The notes under the pieces are model-generated. The model saw nothing but the letters and a program-made list of their open reading frames with translations, was not told the origin of the DNA and searched no databases. Shown piece by piece: positions 52,754 through 61,242 of a DNA stretch of 64,000 nucleotides. The stretch spans positions 10,652 through 74,651 of the forward strand of contig SUWC01000005.1 of assembly GCA_015061665.1 (NCBI GenBank), written 5' to 3'. How positions within the stretch are numbered: position 1 is the first letter of the stretch; every line of letters begins with the position of its first letter. Source of the stretch: Lentisphaerota bacterium (GTDB lineage: Bacteria > Verrucomicrobiota > Kiritimatiellia > RFP12 > UBA1067). Position numbers and translations under genes: made by a program.

Positions 52754-53627
52754 TAAGCCACTCCTCCGTTTTCCCGACCGCCTCCTCGACGATCTTCATT
52801 CCCTGCGCGACGAGGCGCGCGCACTCCGCGCCGTCGCCTGCGGCAAGTTCACCGATCGTGTCTATTCCGACTACGGTTACGCCCGGCAGTTCCGCGACGG
52901 ACGGCTCGACGTCGCGCGGCGACGCGAGGTCGAGGAACACGACGGGGCCTGCGAGTTCGAGCCGCGCCGCCTCGATGACCGTATGCGGCGATGAAGTTGC
53001 GGAGACGACAATGTCGCTCGACGCGATGCGTCCGTAGCGCGATTCATACGGAACAATCTCCGCGCCGAGTGCGTCGGCAAGACGCCGCGCCCTTTCCGGG
53101 CTGCGGTTGCAGACGGCTATCGAACGCGCGCCGCGCTCCGCGGCGATCTCAGCCGCGAGCGATCCGGTGCGTCCGCTCCCGATCACGAACACGCGCCGGC
53201 CGGCGATTCCTGCCGACGCGTCGACGACATCCATTCCGGCGCGGCAGACGGACGGCGGAACAGCACCGATGTCGAGCTCGGTCTTCACGCGCTTCGCGCA
53301 TGTGATCGCGTCGCGGAAGATGCGGTCGAGTTCCTTGCCGACATGGCCTTGCGCGCACGCCGCACGATAGGCGTCCTTCACTTGTCCGAGAATCTGGTAT
53401 TCGCCGAGTATCATCGACTCGAGGCCGGACGCGATACGGAAAAGATACGTCAGCGCCGCGCGCGTGCGCGCGCAGTCCGTTTCGGTGGCGAAGAAGAACA
53501 CTTCCTCGCGGTTGCATGTCGACAGGCGTACATACTGCGCGTAATCCACCGCGCCCAGATCGACGCGCGCGTCGCGAAACGCGCCGCCGAGCGTCTTGTA
53601 GCTCTCGCCTCGCCAATCGAAACCCAT
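52743..53627 (-). CDS. hemA: Glutamyl-tRNA reductase, unusually short form
   Basis: It carries the catalytic-Cys block LSTCNREEVFF, plus IASGLESMILGEYQILGQVK and the NADPH Rossmann motif VFVIGSGRTGSLAA. The start was trimmed to the ATG overlapping the hemL stop (TGATG). The product is 294 aa and has no C-terminal dimerisation domain. Confidence 0.75.
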   Translation of the reverse strand: MGFDWRGESYKTLGGAFRDARVDLGAVDYAQYVRLSTCNREEVFFFATETDCARTRAALTYLFRIASGLESMILGEYQILGQVKDAYRAACAQGHVGKELDRIFRDAITCAKRVKTELDIGAVPPSVCRAGMDVVDASAGIAGRRVFVIGSGRTGSLAAEIAAERGARSIAVCNRSPERARRLADALGAEIVPYESRYGRIASSDIVVSATSSPHTVIEAARLELAGPVVFLDLASPRDVEPSVAELPGVTVVGIDTIGELAAGDGAECARLVAQGMKIVEEAVGKTEEWLNGL

Positions 53628-54853
53628 CAGCGGAACTCCTTCGCGGCCTCGATCACAAGGTCTATGTCGTCGTCGGTATGCGCGTCTGAAATGAACATCG
53701 CCTCGAAGCGCGACGGCGCGGCGTATATGCCGCGCGAAAGAAGCAGCCGCCACCAGCGCGCGAACGTAACATCGGGATCGTCGCGGAACGAAACGCTCAG
53801 GAGCGAGCCGACCTGCGGCACCTCCGCGCGCGCGCCGAACACCTCGCGCAGTCCGCGCGCAAGGCGCTCGCCCTTCGCGGCGAGGCGCGCGTAGATGTCG
53901 GGATCGGCCTTCAGGAGCCGCAGAGTCGCAAGACCCGCCGCCGTCGCGAGCGGATTCCCAGCGAGCGTTCCGGCCTGGTAGACGGGACCTTCCGGCGCGA
54001 CCGTCCGCATCACGTCCGCGCGTCCGCCGTAGACCGCGGCCGGCATTCCGCCGCCGACGATCTTGCCGAACGTCGACAGGTCGGGCGTCACGCCGTAGTA
54101 TTCCTGCGCGCCGCCGAGCGCCAGGCGAAAGCCCGTGATCACCTCGTCGAAAATTAGCAGCGCGCCGTGGCGCGACGTTATTTCGCGCAACGCCTCAAGG
54201 AAGCCGGGCTTGGGCAGGATGACTCCCGCGTTCGCCGCGACAGGCTCGACGACAACTGCCGCGATGTCGGATCCGTGCGCGGCGAAGATGCGCTCCACCG
54301 CCTCGATGTCGTTGTAAGGCGCAACGAGCGTATGGCGCGCATAGTCGGCAGGCACGCCAGCGGAGTCCGGCTCGGCGCCTGTGAGCGCGCCAGATCCCGC
54401 CTTCACCAGCATGCCGTCGGAGTGTCCGTGGTAGCAGTCCGCGAACTTGACGACGTCGTCGCGTCCCGTGAAGCCGCGCGCGGCGCGGACGGCGCTCATG
54501 ACGGCCTCGGTTCCGGAGCAGACCATGCGGCTCGTCTCGAGCGACGGGACGAGTTCGCGCAGCAGCGCCGCCATCTCGACCTCGCGCGGCGTCGGCGCGC
54601 CGAAGGTGAGTCCGTCGCGCGCCGCCTCGCGGACGGCTTCGACGACGGCGGGATGCGCGTGTCCGAGGATCGCCGGACCCCACGAGCAGACGTAGTCGAC
54701 GTATTCGATTCCGTCGACGTCGGTGATGTGCGATCCGCGCGCCGAGGCGATGAAGCGTGGCGTCGCGCCGACGCGCCGGCAGGCGCGGACGGGCGAGTTC
54801 ACGCCGCCGGGCATCAGTCCGCAGGCTGTCTCGAAGAGTTCATCGCTCTTCAT
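53627..54853 (-). CDS. hemL: Glutamate-1-semialdehyde 2,1-aminomutase
   Basis: [34 protein letters not shown] and [10 protein letters not shown] (PLP Lys) are present. Confidence 0.95.
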   Translation of the reverse strand: MKSDELFETACGLMPGGVNSPVRACRRVGATPRFIASARGSHITDVDGIEYVDYVCSWGPAILGHAHPAVVEAVREAARDGLTFGAPTPREVEMAALLRELVPSLETSRMVCSGTEAVMSAVRAARGFTGRDDVVKFADCYHGHSDGMLVKAGSGALTGAEPDSAGVPADYARHTLVAPYNDIEAVERIFAAHGSDIAAVVVEPVAANAGVILPKPGFLEALREITSRHGALLIFDEVITGFRLALGGAQEYYGVTPDLSTFGKIVGGGMPAAVYGGRADVMRTVAPEGPVYQAGTLAGNPLATAAGLATLRLLKADPDIYARLAAKGERLARGLREVFGARAEVPQVGSLLSVSFRDDPDVTFARWWRLLLSRGIYAAPSRFEAMFISDAHTDDDIDLVIEAAKEFR

Positions 54854-55808
54854 GAATCCACTCCGCCGCGTCGAGCGCGTGATACGTGATAATCATCCTC
54901 GCCCCTGCGCGCTTCATCGCGAGAAGGTTCTCGAGGACGACGCGCCGCTCGTCGATCCATCCGTTTGCAGCAGCGGCCTTGACCATCGCGTATTCGCCGC
55001 TCACGTTGTAGGCGACGACGGGAAGGTCGCAGACGTCGCAGGTGCGCGCAAGAACGTCGAGGTACGCGAGCGCGGGCTTGGCGATGATGAAATCCGCGCC
55101 TTCCGCGACATCCGCCGCGACCTCGCGCAGCGCCTCGCGTCCGTTCGCTGGATCCATCTGGTACGTGCGCCTGTCGCCGAACTGCGGCGCGGAGCCTGCC
55201 GCGTCGCGGAAAGGTCCGTAGTAGGCGGACGCGAACTTCGCGCTGTACGACATCACCGCGACGTCTACGAAACCCGATTCGTCGAGCGCCGCGCGAATCG
55301 CAGCGACGCGTCCGTCCATCATGTCGCTCGGCGCAACAATGTCCGCTCCGGCGCGCGCGTAGGCGACGGCGGACTTCGCGAGAAGCGGCAGCGTCGCGTC
55401 GTTGAGAATTGAGCCGTCGTGGACGAGACCGCAGTGTCCGTGGCTCGTGTATTCGCACAGGCACACGTCCGCAATCACGACAAGCCCCGGCGCGCGCGCC
55501 TTGATCGCGCGTATCGCGCGGCACACCGGCCCCTCCTCGTCCCACGCACCGCTGCCTTGCTCGTCCTTGTGGTCGGGAATGCCGAAGAGAAGCACCGCTT
55601 TCACGCCGGCGGATACGACGCGGTCGATGACTTCGCCCAGGCGGTCGACCGTGTACTGCGAGACTCCCGGCATTGACTCCACGGGCGTGACGGAATCGTT
55701 TCCGGCCGCGACGAACAGCGGATAGATAAGGTCGTCCGCGCGGACGTGGTTCTCACGGACCAAGTCGCGGATCGCGGCGGTCCTTCTAAGTCTTCTCAGT
55801 CTTTCCAT
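54840..55808 (-). CDS. hemB: Porphobilinogen synthase (Zn-type)
   Basis: [14 protein letters not shown], the Cys-rich zinc site [14 protein letters not shown] and [10 protein letters not shown] are present. Confidence 0.95.
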   Translation of the reverse strand: MERLRRLRRTAAIRDLVRENHVRADDLIYPLFVAAGNDSVTPVESMPGVSQYTVDRLGEVIDRVVSAGVKAVLLFGIPDHKDEQGSGAWDEEGPVCRAIRAIKARAPGLVVIADVCLCEYTSHGHCGLVHDGSILNDATLPLLAKSAVAYARAGADIVAPSDMMDGRVAAIRAALDESGFVDVAVMSYSAKFASAYYGPFRDAAGSAPQFGDRRTYQMDPANGREALREVAADVAEGADFIIAKPALAYLDVLARTCDVCDLPVVAYNVSGEYAMVKAAAANGWIDERRVVLENLLAMKRAGARMIITYHALDAAEWIHEER

Positions 55809-56314
55809 TCTTCAAGCTCCTTCTCGTAGTGGCGCATGCGTTCCCTGGCATCGGGAAGTTCGCGCTTCATCTCCTCGCGTCTCGCGCCGAGTGCGGCGAC
55901 CTTCGCGACAAGCGCATCGGGAATGGCCTTCGCCGCGCGGTCGCGGATTACGCGAGCCGCGACCGGCGACGCGCCGCCAGTCGAGACGGCAACGACGACC
56001 GGATCCTTCGCAAAAATCGCGGGGAACACGAACGTGCAGTTCGCCGGATCGTCGACGACGTTCACGGGTATTCCCCGCGCGCGGCACGCGGCGGCGACGC
56101 GCGCGTTTACGGACGCATCGTCCGTCGCAGCGACCGCTAGCGCCACACCGTCGCAGTCCGACTCCGTGAAGCCGCGGCCGGACGTCTCGGGCGACACAGT
56201 GCGCACATCCGCGCCGAACGCCGCGAGCTGCGCGGCCTTGCGAGAAGCGACAGGACCCGCCCCAACGACGAGGCAGGGGCGGGCGTCAAGGTTTACAAAC
56301 AGAGGAAAGTACAT
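55796..56314 (-). CDS. Precorrin-2 dehydrogenase / sirohydrochlorin ferrochelatase (SirC / CysG N-terminal type)
   Basis: [27 protein letters not shown] is the siroheme synthase N-domain start. The product is 172 aa. Confidence 0.75.
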   Translation of the reverse strand: MYFPLFVNLDARPCLVVGAGPVASRKAAQLAAFGADVRTVSPETSGRGFTESDCDGVALAVAATDDASVNARVAAACRARGIPVNVVDDPANCTFVFPAIFAKDPVVVAVSTGGASPVAARVIRDRAAKAIPDALVAKVAALGARREEMKRELPDARERMRHYEKELEEWKD

Positions 56315-56320
56315 GCCTAT

Positions 56321-56329
56321 ATTATACCA
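56321..56329 (-). promoter_or_regulatory. Extended -10 promoter for the siroheme operon (leaderless geometry)
   Basis: The minus strand reads TGGTATAAT. The hexamer ends 6 nt before the sirC-like ATG 56314. The element abuts the tusA-like stop codon. Confidence 0.6.
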
Positions 56330-56587
56330 TCACTCCGATGCCTTGCGGACGAGGAGCGTCCACGTGCCGTCGCCGTTGTCGGAAACGCGGAGCACCTGGT
56401 GTCCTTCGTCCTTGAAGCTGCGCGGCACATTCTGGATCGGCTCGCCGTCGTTCATGCGCACGGCGAGGGTCTGTCCGATCTCGAGTTCCTCGATGGCCAT
56501 CTTCGCCTTTACGAAGGTGACCGGGCAGACGACGGACGTGATGTCGACTGTCGCGTCGGGCGTTAATGCGTTGTTTTCATCAGCCAT
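56330..56587 (-). CDS. TusA/SirA-family sulfurtransferase-like protein
   Basis: The 85-aa product carries VDITSVVCPVTFVKAKMAIEEL, the TusA Cys motif region. It overlaps the 3' end of the sulfite reductase gene by 8 nt. Confidence 0.65.
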   Translation of the reverse strand: MADENNALTPDATVDITSVVCPVTFVKAKMAIEELEIGQTLAVRMNDGEPIQNVPRSFKDEGHQVLRVSDNGDGTWTLLVRKASE

Positions 56588-57452
56588 TGGCGGCCTCCTT
56601 TATCGCTTCCCTGAACTTCTCGTTCCCGACGCGGTCGAGCGTCGCGCGGAAGCGCTCGCCCGGCTTCGCGTTCTCGGCGAAGAACGAGATCGCGGCGTCG
56701 CATACGCGCAGGAGCGCGTCGTGATCGTCGATGAACGGAACGACCGGCTCGCCCGTCGCGATGCGGTTGCCGAAGGTTCCGGCGAAGGAGACGATGTAGC
56801 CCGGCGTCGTGTCCCAGGCGTCGACCGGACACGCGAAGACGCAGCGCCCGCAGAAGTTGCACTTCGCCTCGTCGAGAACGATCGCGTCGGCGTCGAGCTT
56901 CAGCGCGCCGCGCCTGCACGCCTTCACGCACACGCCGCAGCGGATGCACGATTCGCGGCGCCAGCGGACGCGGAGTCCGCCCTTCACGCCGACGTCGTTC
57001 TCCTCGGCCTTCAGGCAGTTGTTCGGGCATCCCGTGACGCCGAACTTGAACTTGTGCGGCAGTTCGCGTCCGAAATAGCGCTCGCTCAACTCGCGCGCGA
57101 TCGCCTGAGCGTCGATGCATCCGTTCGGACACACCTCGCTGCCCTGACACGCCGTCACGGTGCGCACGCGAGGTCCGCACACGCCCGGCTGCACGCCGCC
57201 CTTCGCAAGCGTTTCCTTCACCGCGGCGACGTCCTTCGCCTGGATGTACGGAATCTCGATCCCCTGGCGCGAGGTAAGATGCACATAGCCGCGTCCGTAA
57301 GTCTTCGCTGTCTCGATCACGGCCGCGAGCTGCTCCGCCGTAACGGTGCCTCCTACGACGCCGAGCCGCAGTGAGAAATGGTTCTTCTGCTTCTGCCGCA
57401 TGAACCCGCCCTTCTTGAGGGTCGCGTAATCAATCTTCTGGTTTTCCGACAT
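56580..57452 (-). CDS. Small siroheme-[4Fe-4S] sulfite (or nitrite) reductase with an inserted 2x[4Fe-4S] ferredoxin domain
   Basis: It has the coupled-cluster Cys motifs CQGSEVC (C-x5-C) and CPNNC (C-x3-C), and the ferredoxin motifs CIRCGVCVKAC and CNFCGRCVFACP. An AGGAGG SD lies upstream. Confidence 0.7.
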   Translation of the reverse strand: MSENQKIDYATLKKGGFMRQKQKNHFSLRLGVVGGTVTAEQLAAVIETAKTYGRGYVHLTSRQGIEIPYIQAKDVAAVKETLAKGGVQPGVCGPRVRTVTACQGSEVCPNGCIDAQAIARELSERYFGRELPHKFKFGVTGCPNNCLKAEENDVGVKGGLRVRWRRESCIRCGVCVKACRRGALKLDADAIVLDEAKCNFCGRCVFACPVDAWDTTPGYIVSFAGTFGNRIATGEPVVPFIDDHDALLRVCDAAISFFAENAKPGERFRATLDRVGNEKFREAIKEAANG

Positions 57453-57468
57453 ATCTTTCCTCCTGGCT

Positions 57469-57882
57469 CTATTTTACCAAAAGTTCGTCCTCGCGCGCTA
57501 CGCCGCCGACGATCGAGAAGGCCTTGAGGACGGGGTTCCCTGCGTCGGCGAGGGAGAGGATGAGGTAGCTTGCGCGCGGATCGTGCGCAAGGCGGATGTC
57601 CTCCTCGGACGGACGCGACGGCGTCTCTGGATGGGAATGCCAGTTGCCGAGCGAGCGCAGGCCGTTCGCCCGCTGGTCCTTGATCGCGGCGAACTGCGCC
57701 TGAGGCGGAAGGCTGAAGTGCTCGTTCGAATGGTCGGCGTTTTCGAGAAGGTAGACCTTCTCAATCCGCCGCACGCCCTCCGCCTCGCTTCCCGCGACTA
57801 GTCCGCACGCCTCCTCCGGGAGGCACGAGCGCGCGTGCGCCACGATGCGGTCGAAATCGGCTTTCGATATAACAACCTTCAT
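57469..57882 (-). CDS. JAMM/MPN+ metalloprotease (Mec / HcyD-like)
   Basis: It has the catalytic Glu region EEACG and the JAMM motif HSHPETPSRPSEED. ATG 57882 follows a GAGGTG SD, with an alternative GTG at 57888. Confidence 0.75.
   Translation of the reverse strand: MKVVISKADFDRIVAHARSCLPEEACGLVAGSEAEGVRRIEKVYLLENADHSNEHFSLPPQAQFAAIKDQRANGLRSLGNWHSHPETPSRPSEEDIRLAHDPRASYLILSLADAGNPVLKAFSIVGGVAREDELLVK
57471..57482 (-). promoter_or_regulatory. Extended -10 promoter for the sulfite reductase / tusA-like genes
   Basis: The minus strand reads TTTTGGTAAAAT, 18 nt upstream of ATG 57452 with AGGAGG in between. It overlaps the JAMM stop codon. Confidence 0.5.
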
Positions 57883-57889
57883 CGCCACC

Positions 57890-58699
57890 TCACTTCCGGA
57901 GATCGCACGCCGCCTGCGCGTAGTCGATAGGCTCGGTGATCGACGGATGCTCGCCGCAGACGGCGCATTTTCCGTTCCATGGCGGAAGCTTCACCTTGTG
58001 GAACCTATTGGAAAGCGCGTCGTATGTAAGCAGCGCGCCCGTCAGGAGCTCGCCCTTCCCGAGGATGAACTTGACTGCCTCCATCGCCTGTAGCGAGCCT
58101 ATCACGCCGCCCATCGCGCCGATTACGCCAGCCTGACGGCACGTCGGCACGGCATCCTTCGGCGGCGGTTCTTTGAAGACGCAGCGGAAGCACGGACCCT
58201 GACCGGGAACGTACGTCATGAGCTGTCCGTTGAACCGCAGGATGCCGGCATGGCTGAACGCCTTCTTCTCCAGGACGCATGCGTCGTTGATGAGAAACTT
58301 CGCCGGAAAGTTGTCCGTACCGTCGATCACGAAATCGTAGGGACGGACAAGTTCGCGGATGTTCGCCGAATACGCAAACTGACGGTGCGTTACGACCTTG
58401 ACGTCCGGATTCATCGCCGCGATCGTCTCGGCCGCGGACTGCACCTTCGGCTTGCCGACATCCGCCGTGCCGTGGATGATCTGCCGCTGGAGGTTCGAAA
58501 GGTCCACGACATCGGCGTCGACGATTCCGATAGTCCCGACTCCCGCCGCGGCGAGGTACATCGCCGCGGGCGCCCCGAGTCCGCCTGCGCCGACGATCAG
58601 CACCTTGGCCTCCAGGAGCTTCTTCTGTCCCTTTGCTCCGACTTCCTTGAGAAGTATGTGGCGCGAGTAGCGTTCTATCTGAGTATCTGAAAGATCCAT
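57890..58699 (-). CDS. ThiF/MoeB/HesA-family E1-like adenylyltransferase (HcyF / MoeZ-like)
   Basis: RYSRHILLKEVG, VGAGGLGAP and DADVVDLSNLQRQ are present, along with two Cys pairs (CFRC, CAVC) for the structural zinc. Confidence 0.8.
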   Translation of the reverse strand: MDLSDTQIERYSRHILLKEVGAKGQKKLLEAKVLIVGAGGLGAPAAMYLAAAGVGTIGIVDADVVDLSNLQRQIIHGTADVGKPKVQSAAETIAAMNPDVKVVTHRQFAYSANIRELVRPYDFVIDGTDNFPAKFLINDACVLEKKAFSHAGILRFNGQLMTYVPGQGPCFRCVFKEPPPKDAVPTCRQAGVIGAMGGVIGSLQAMEAVKFILGKGELLTGALLTYDALSNRFHKVKLPPWNGKCAVCGEHPSITEPIDYAQAACDLRK

Positions 58700-58905
58700 T
58701 AGCGGCCCCCTCCCATGAAGTAGAGAAACTCCACGACATCGCCCGGAGCGAGAACGGTCGCGGCCTCGTCGGACTTCGCGATGAAATTCTCGTTGATCGT
58801 CACCGTGACGTATTCCGGCGACTCGACCTTCTCCTGAACGATGAGGTCCTTGAGCGGAAGTCCATCCGGCACTTCCTTTTCCGTTCCTGAAACTGTTATC
58901 TTCAT
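58699..58905 (-). CDS. ThiS/MoaD-family sulfur-carrier protein ending ...GGGR
   Basis: The 68-aa product has beta-grasp-like length and pattern. The C-terminus is FLYFMGGGR*, a Gly-Gly capped by one residue. The stop shares a TAATG overlap with the E1-like start, and a 4-nt overlap couples it to metY. Confidence 0.65.
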   Translation of the reverse strand: MKITVSGTEKEVPDGLPLKDLIVQEKVESPEYVTVTINENFIAKSDEAATVLAPGDVVEFLYFMGGGR

Positions 58906-60149
58906 TGCTGTTCTCCTTTGGTGTCTGTTTCGATTGCGGTTGTGAAATCCTGCACGAGGTCCTCTGGATCCTCGATCCCGACGCTCACCCGCAGCGTGTC
59001 GTCGAACACACCTGCGGCCGTGCGTTCCTCCGGCGTGTTGTGCGCGAAAAGCGTAGTGGCCGGATAGATGACGAGCGTTCGCACGTCTCCGATGTTGGAG
59101 GCGATGGTGGCGTACCTAAGCCTCTCGGCAGTACGCAGAGCGCGCTCGCGCGAGCCGAGACGGAGCGTGAGTATTCCGCCTGCGAGTCCGTCGCGGAATT
59201 GACGTCGCGCGAGCGCGGACTGCGGATGCGCGTCGAGTGACGGATGGTTGACCGTCACGCCGGGAATCGCGGCGAGCGCGTGCGCGAGCGCGGACGCGTT
59301 GCGGCAGATGCGCTCCATGCGGAGTCCGAGCGTCTCCACGCCGACGAGGTTGAGATAGGCGTTGAACGGCGCGAGACATCCGCCGAAGCACGGCATCACG
59401 TCCTGCCGCAGGCGCACGTGCGCGGCGAGCGGACCGAACTGCCGGAATGGCGCGAGCGCGGGATAGCGGTCGAAGTCCCAGCGGAAGCGCCCGGAGTCGA
59501 CGACTATTCCCGAAACGCCGTTGCCCGATCCGTTGATGTACTTGGACGTCGAATGGATGACGATGTCGGCTCCGAGCTCCAGCGGACGGACGAGGAACGG
59601 CGTCGCGGTCGTGCTGTCGAGGACGAGGGGAAGTCCGTGCGCGTGCGACCACTCCGCCACCGCGCGGATGTCCGTAACGCCAAGCCCGGGATTCGAAATC
59701 ACCTCGCCGAACACGAGGCGCGTCCGCTCCGTGGCGAGCGACTCGAGTTCGTCGGGCGTAAAATGCGGAACGTACCGAACCGTTATGCCGAGGTTCCGCA
59801 GAAGCGCGTTGAACTGGATCGTGCCGCCGTAGAGTCCGGCGGATGCGAGAACCTCGTCGCCGGCGGTGAGGATGGTCTGGAACGTCTGCGCCACGGCTGC
59901 CATTCCTGACGCGCACGCGACGGCGGCGAAACCGTGCTCCAGCGCGGCGACGCGCCGCTCGAACGCCGCGACGGTCGGATTGCCGACGCGCGTGTAGACG
60001 AACCCGGGCGCGCGGTTCGCGAACACGCGCTCCAGGTCCTCCATCGTCCGGTACGCGAACGCGCTCGACTGCACGATGGGCGCTATCGTCGCGCCCTGCG
60101 ACGCGGCCTCCTGCCGGCCCGCATAAAGTACATCCGTATTGAAACCCAT
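58902..60149 (-). CDS. metY: O-acetylhomoserine sulfhydrylase family PLP enzyme
   Basis: Motifs of the Cys/Met-metabolism PLP family are present: VYTRVGNPTV and HSTSKYINGSG (PLP Lys). A GGAGGG SD lies upstream. Confidence 0.8.
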   Translation of the reverse strand: MGFNTDVLYAGRQEAASQGATIAPIVQSSAFAYRTMEDLERVFANRAPGFVYTRVGNPTVAAFERRVAALEHGFAAVACASGMAAVAQTFQTILTAGDEVLASAGLYGGTIQFNALLRNLGITVRYVPHFTPDELESLATERTRLVFGEVISNPGLGVTDIRAVAEWSHAHGLPLVLDSTTATPFLVRPLELGADIVIHSTSKYINGSGNGVSGIVVDSGRFRWDFDRYPALAPFRQFGPLAAHVRLRQDVMPCFGGCLAPFNAYLNLVGVETLGLRMERICRNASALAHALAAIPGVTVNHPSLDAHPQSALARRQFRDGLAGGILTLRLGSRERALRTAERLRYATIASNIGDVRTLVIYPATTLFAHNTPEERTAAGVFDDTLRVSVGIEDPEDLVQDFTTAIETDTKGEQQ

Positions 60150-60162
60150 GCGCGACCCTCCC

Positions 60163-61239
60163 TCAGATCACATAGTCTCCGCTCCAGTCCTCGCCGTTGC
60201 GGAATATGCGCTGCGACGTCGCGACGAGCCACACCTTGTCCTGGACCTTCACGGGGTCTGCGACATACTCGGCGTGCGACTGGTGGACATACAGCAGGTT
60301 GCGCGATTCGTCGACAAGCTCGATCTTCACGAGCGCGCCGGCCGTAAGGACTCGGATCACCTCCGCCGCGATTCCGCCTTCGCTCGGACGCGCGCGGCGG
60401 ATCGCGAAATCGTGCGGACGGACGAGCATCTTCGCCTCCGCCTCATCGCGCTCAGCGCCCTTCGCGCCGAACACCGCCTTGTCGCGCTCGAAGCGTCCGT
60501 GGAAGATGTTGACCTCTCCGAGGAAGTTCATCACGAACTCCGTCTTCGGATTGGAGAAGAGCTCGTTCGGCGATCCGATCTGCTCGATGCGCCCCTTGTT
60601 CATGACGACGACCTGGTCGGACACCTCAAGCGCCTCCTCCTGGTCGTGCGTGACGAAGATGGAGGTCACGTTGATCGTGTCGTGGAGATGGCGCAGCCAG
60701 TGGCGGAGCGATGCGCGCACCTGCGCGTCGAGCGCGCCGAACGGCTCGTCCAAAAGCAGGACCTTCGGTTCGATGGCGAGCGCCCGCGCGAGCGCGACGC
60801 GCTGGCGCTGTCCGCCCGAAAGCTCGTCGGGGTATCGCGAGCCGAGGCGCGAGAGCTGCACGAGATCGAGCATGTCGGCGACGCGCTTCTTGATCGTCGC
60901 CTTGTCGGGTCGCTCCGCGCGCGGCTTGACCGTGAGCCCGAACGCAACGTTGTCCGCGACCGTCATCTGGCGGAAGAGCGCGTAATGCTGAAAGACGAAC
61001 CCGACCTTGCGGCGGTTCACCGGCGAGTTGAGCGCCGAGACGCCGTCGAAGAGAATGTCGGCGCCGGGCGTTTCGTCCGCCCGCTCCAGTCCCGCGACAG
61101 TGCGCAGGAGCGTCGTCTTGCCGCAGCCGGACGGACCGAGTATCGCGACGAGCTTGCCCGTAGGTATCGTGAGCGAGATGTCGTCCAGCGCCTGGAAGTC
61201 GCCGTAGTGCTTGCTGATGTGGTTGATTTCTATGCTCAT
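60163..61239 (-). CDS. cysA: Sulfate/thiosulfate ABC transporter ATP-binding protein
   Basis: It has Walker [10 protein letters not shown], the signature LSGGQRQR, Walker B LLLDEPF and a TOBE-like C-terminal domain. Confidence 0.85.
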   Translation of the reverse strand: MSIEINHISKHYGDFQALDDISLTIPTGKLVAILGPSGCGKTTLLRTVAGLERADETPGADILFDGVSALNSPVNRRKVGFVFQHYALFRQMTVADNVAFGLTVKPRAERPDKATIKKRVADMLDLVQLSRLGSRYPDELSGGQRQRVALARALAIEPKVLLLDEPFGALDAQVRASLRHWLRHLHDTINVTSIFVTHDQEEALEVSDQVVVMNKGRIEQIGSPNELFSNPKTEFVMNFLGEVNIFHGRFERDKAVFGAKGAERDEAEAKMLVRPHDFAIRRARPSEGGIAAEVIRVLTAGALVKIELVDESRNLLYVHQSHAEYVADPVKVQDKVWLVATSQRIFRNGEDWSGDYVI

Positions 61240-61242
61240 GGA

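Noticed and set aside
50687-52756. A 689-aa plus-strand ORF. Similar long antisense ORFs occur at 60139-61953, 15883-17577, 27648-29171, 40716-42095, 55836-57374 and 37760-38806.
   Set aside because: All of them mirror well-supported genes on the opposite strand. They are Arg/Ala/Asp-rich and have no recognisable motifs. I treat them as GC-driven spurious ORFs.
57469-58905. The JAMM protease, E1-like enzyme and ubiquitin-like protein, considered as a bacterial ubiquitination-like conjugation or anti-phage module.
   Set aside because: There is no E2-like gene. The trio is sandwiched between MetY and a sulfite reductase inside a sulfate-assimilation cluster, which fits the established sulfur-carrier (thiocarboxylate) role much better.
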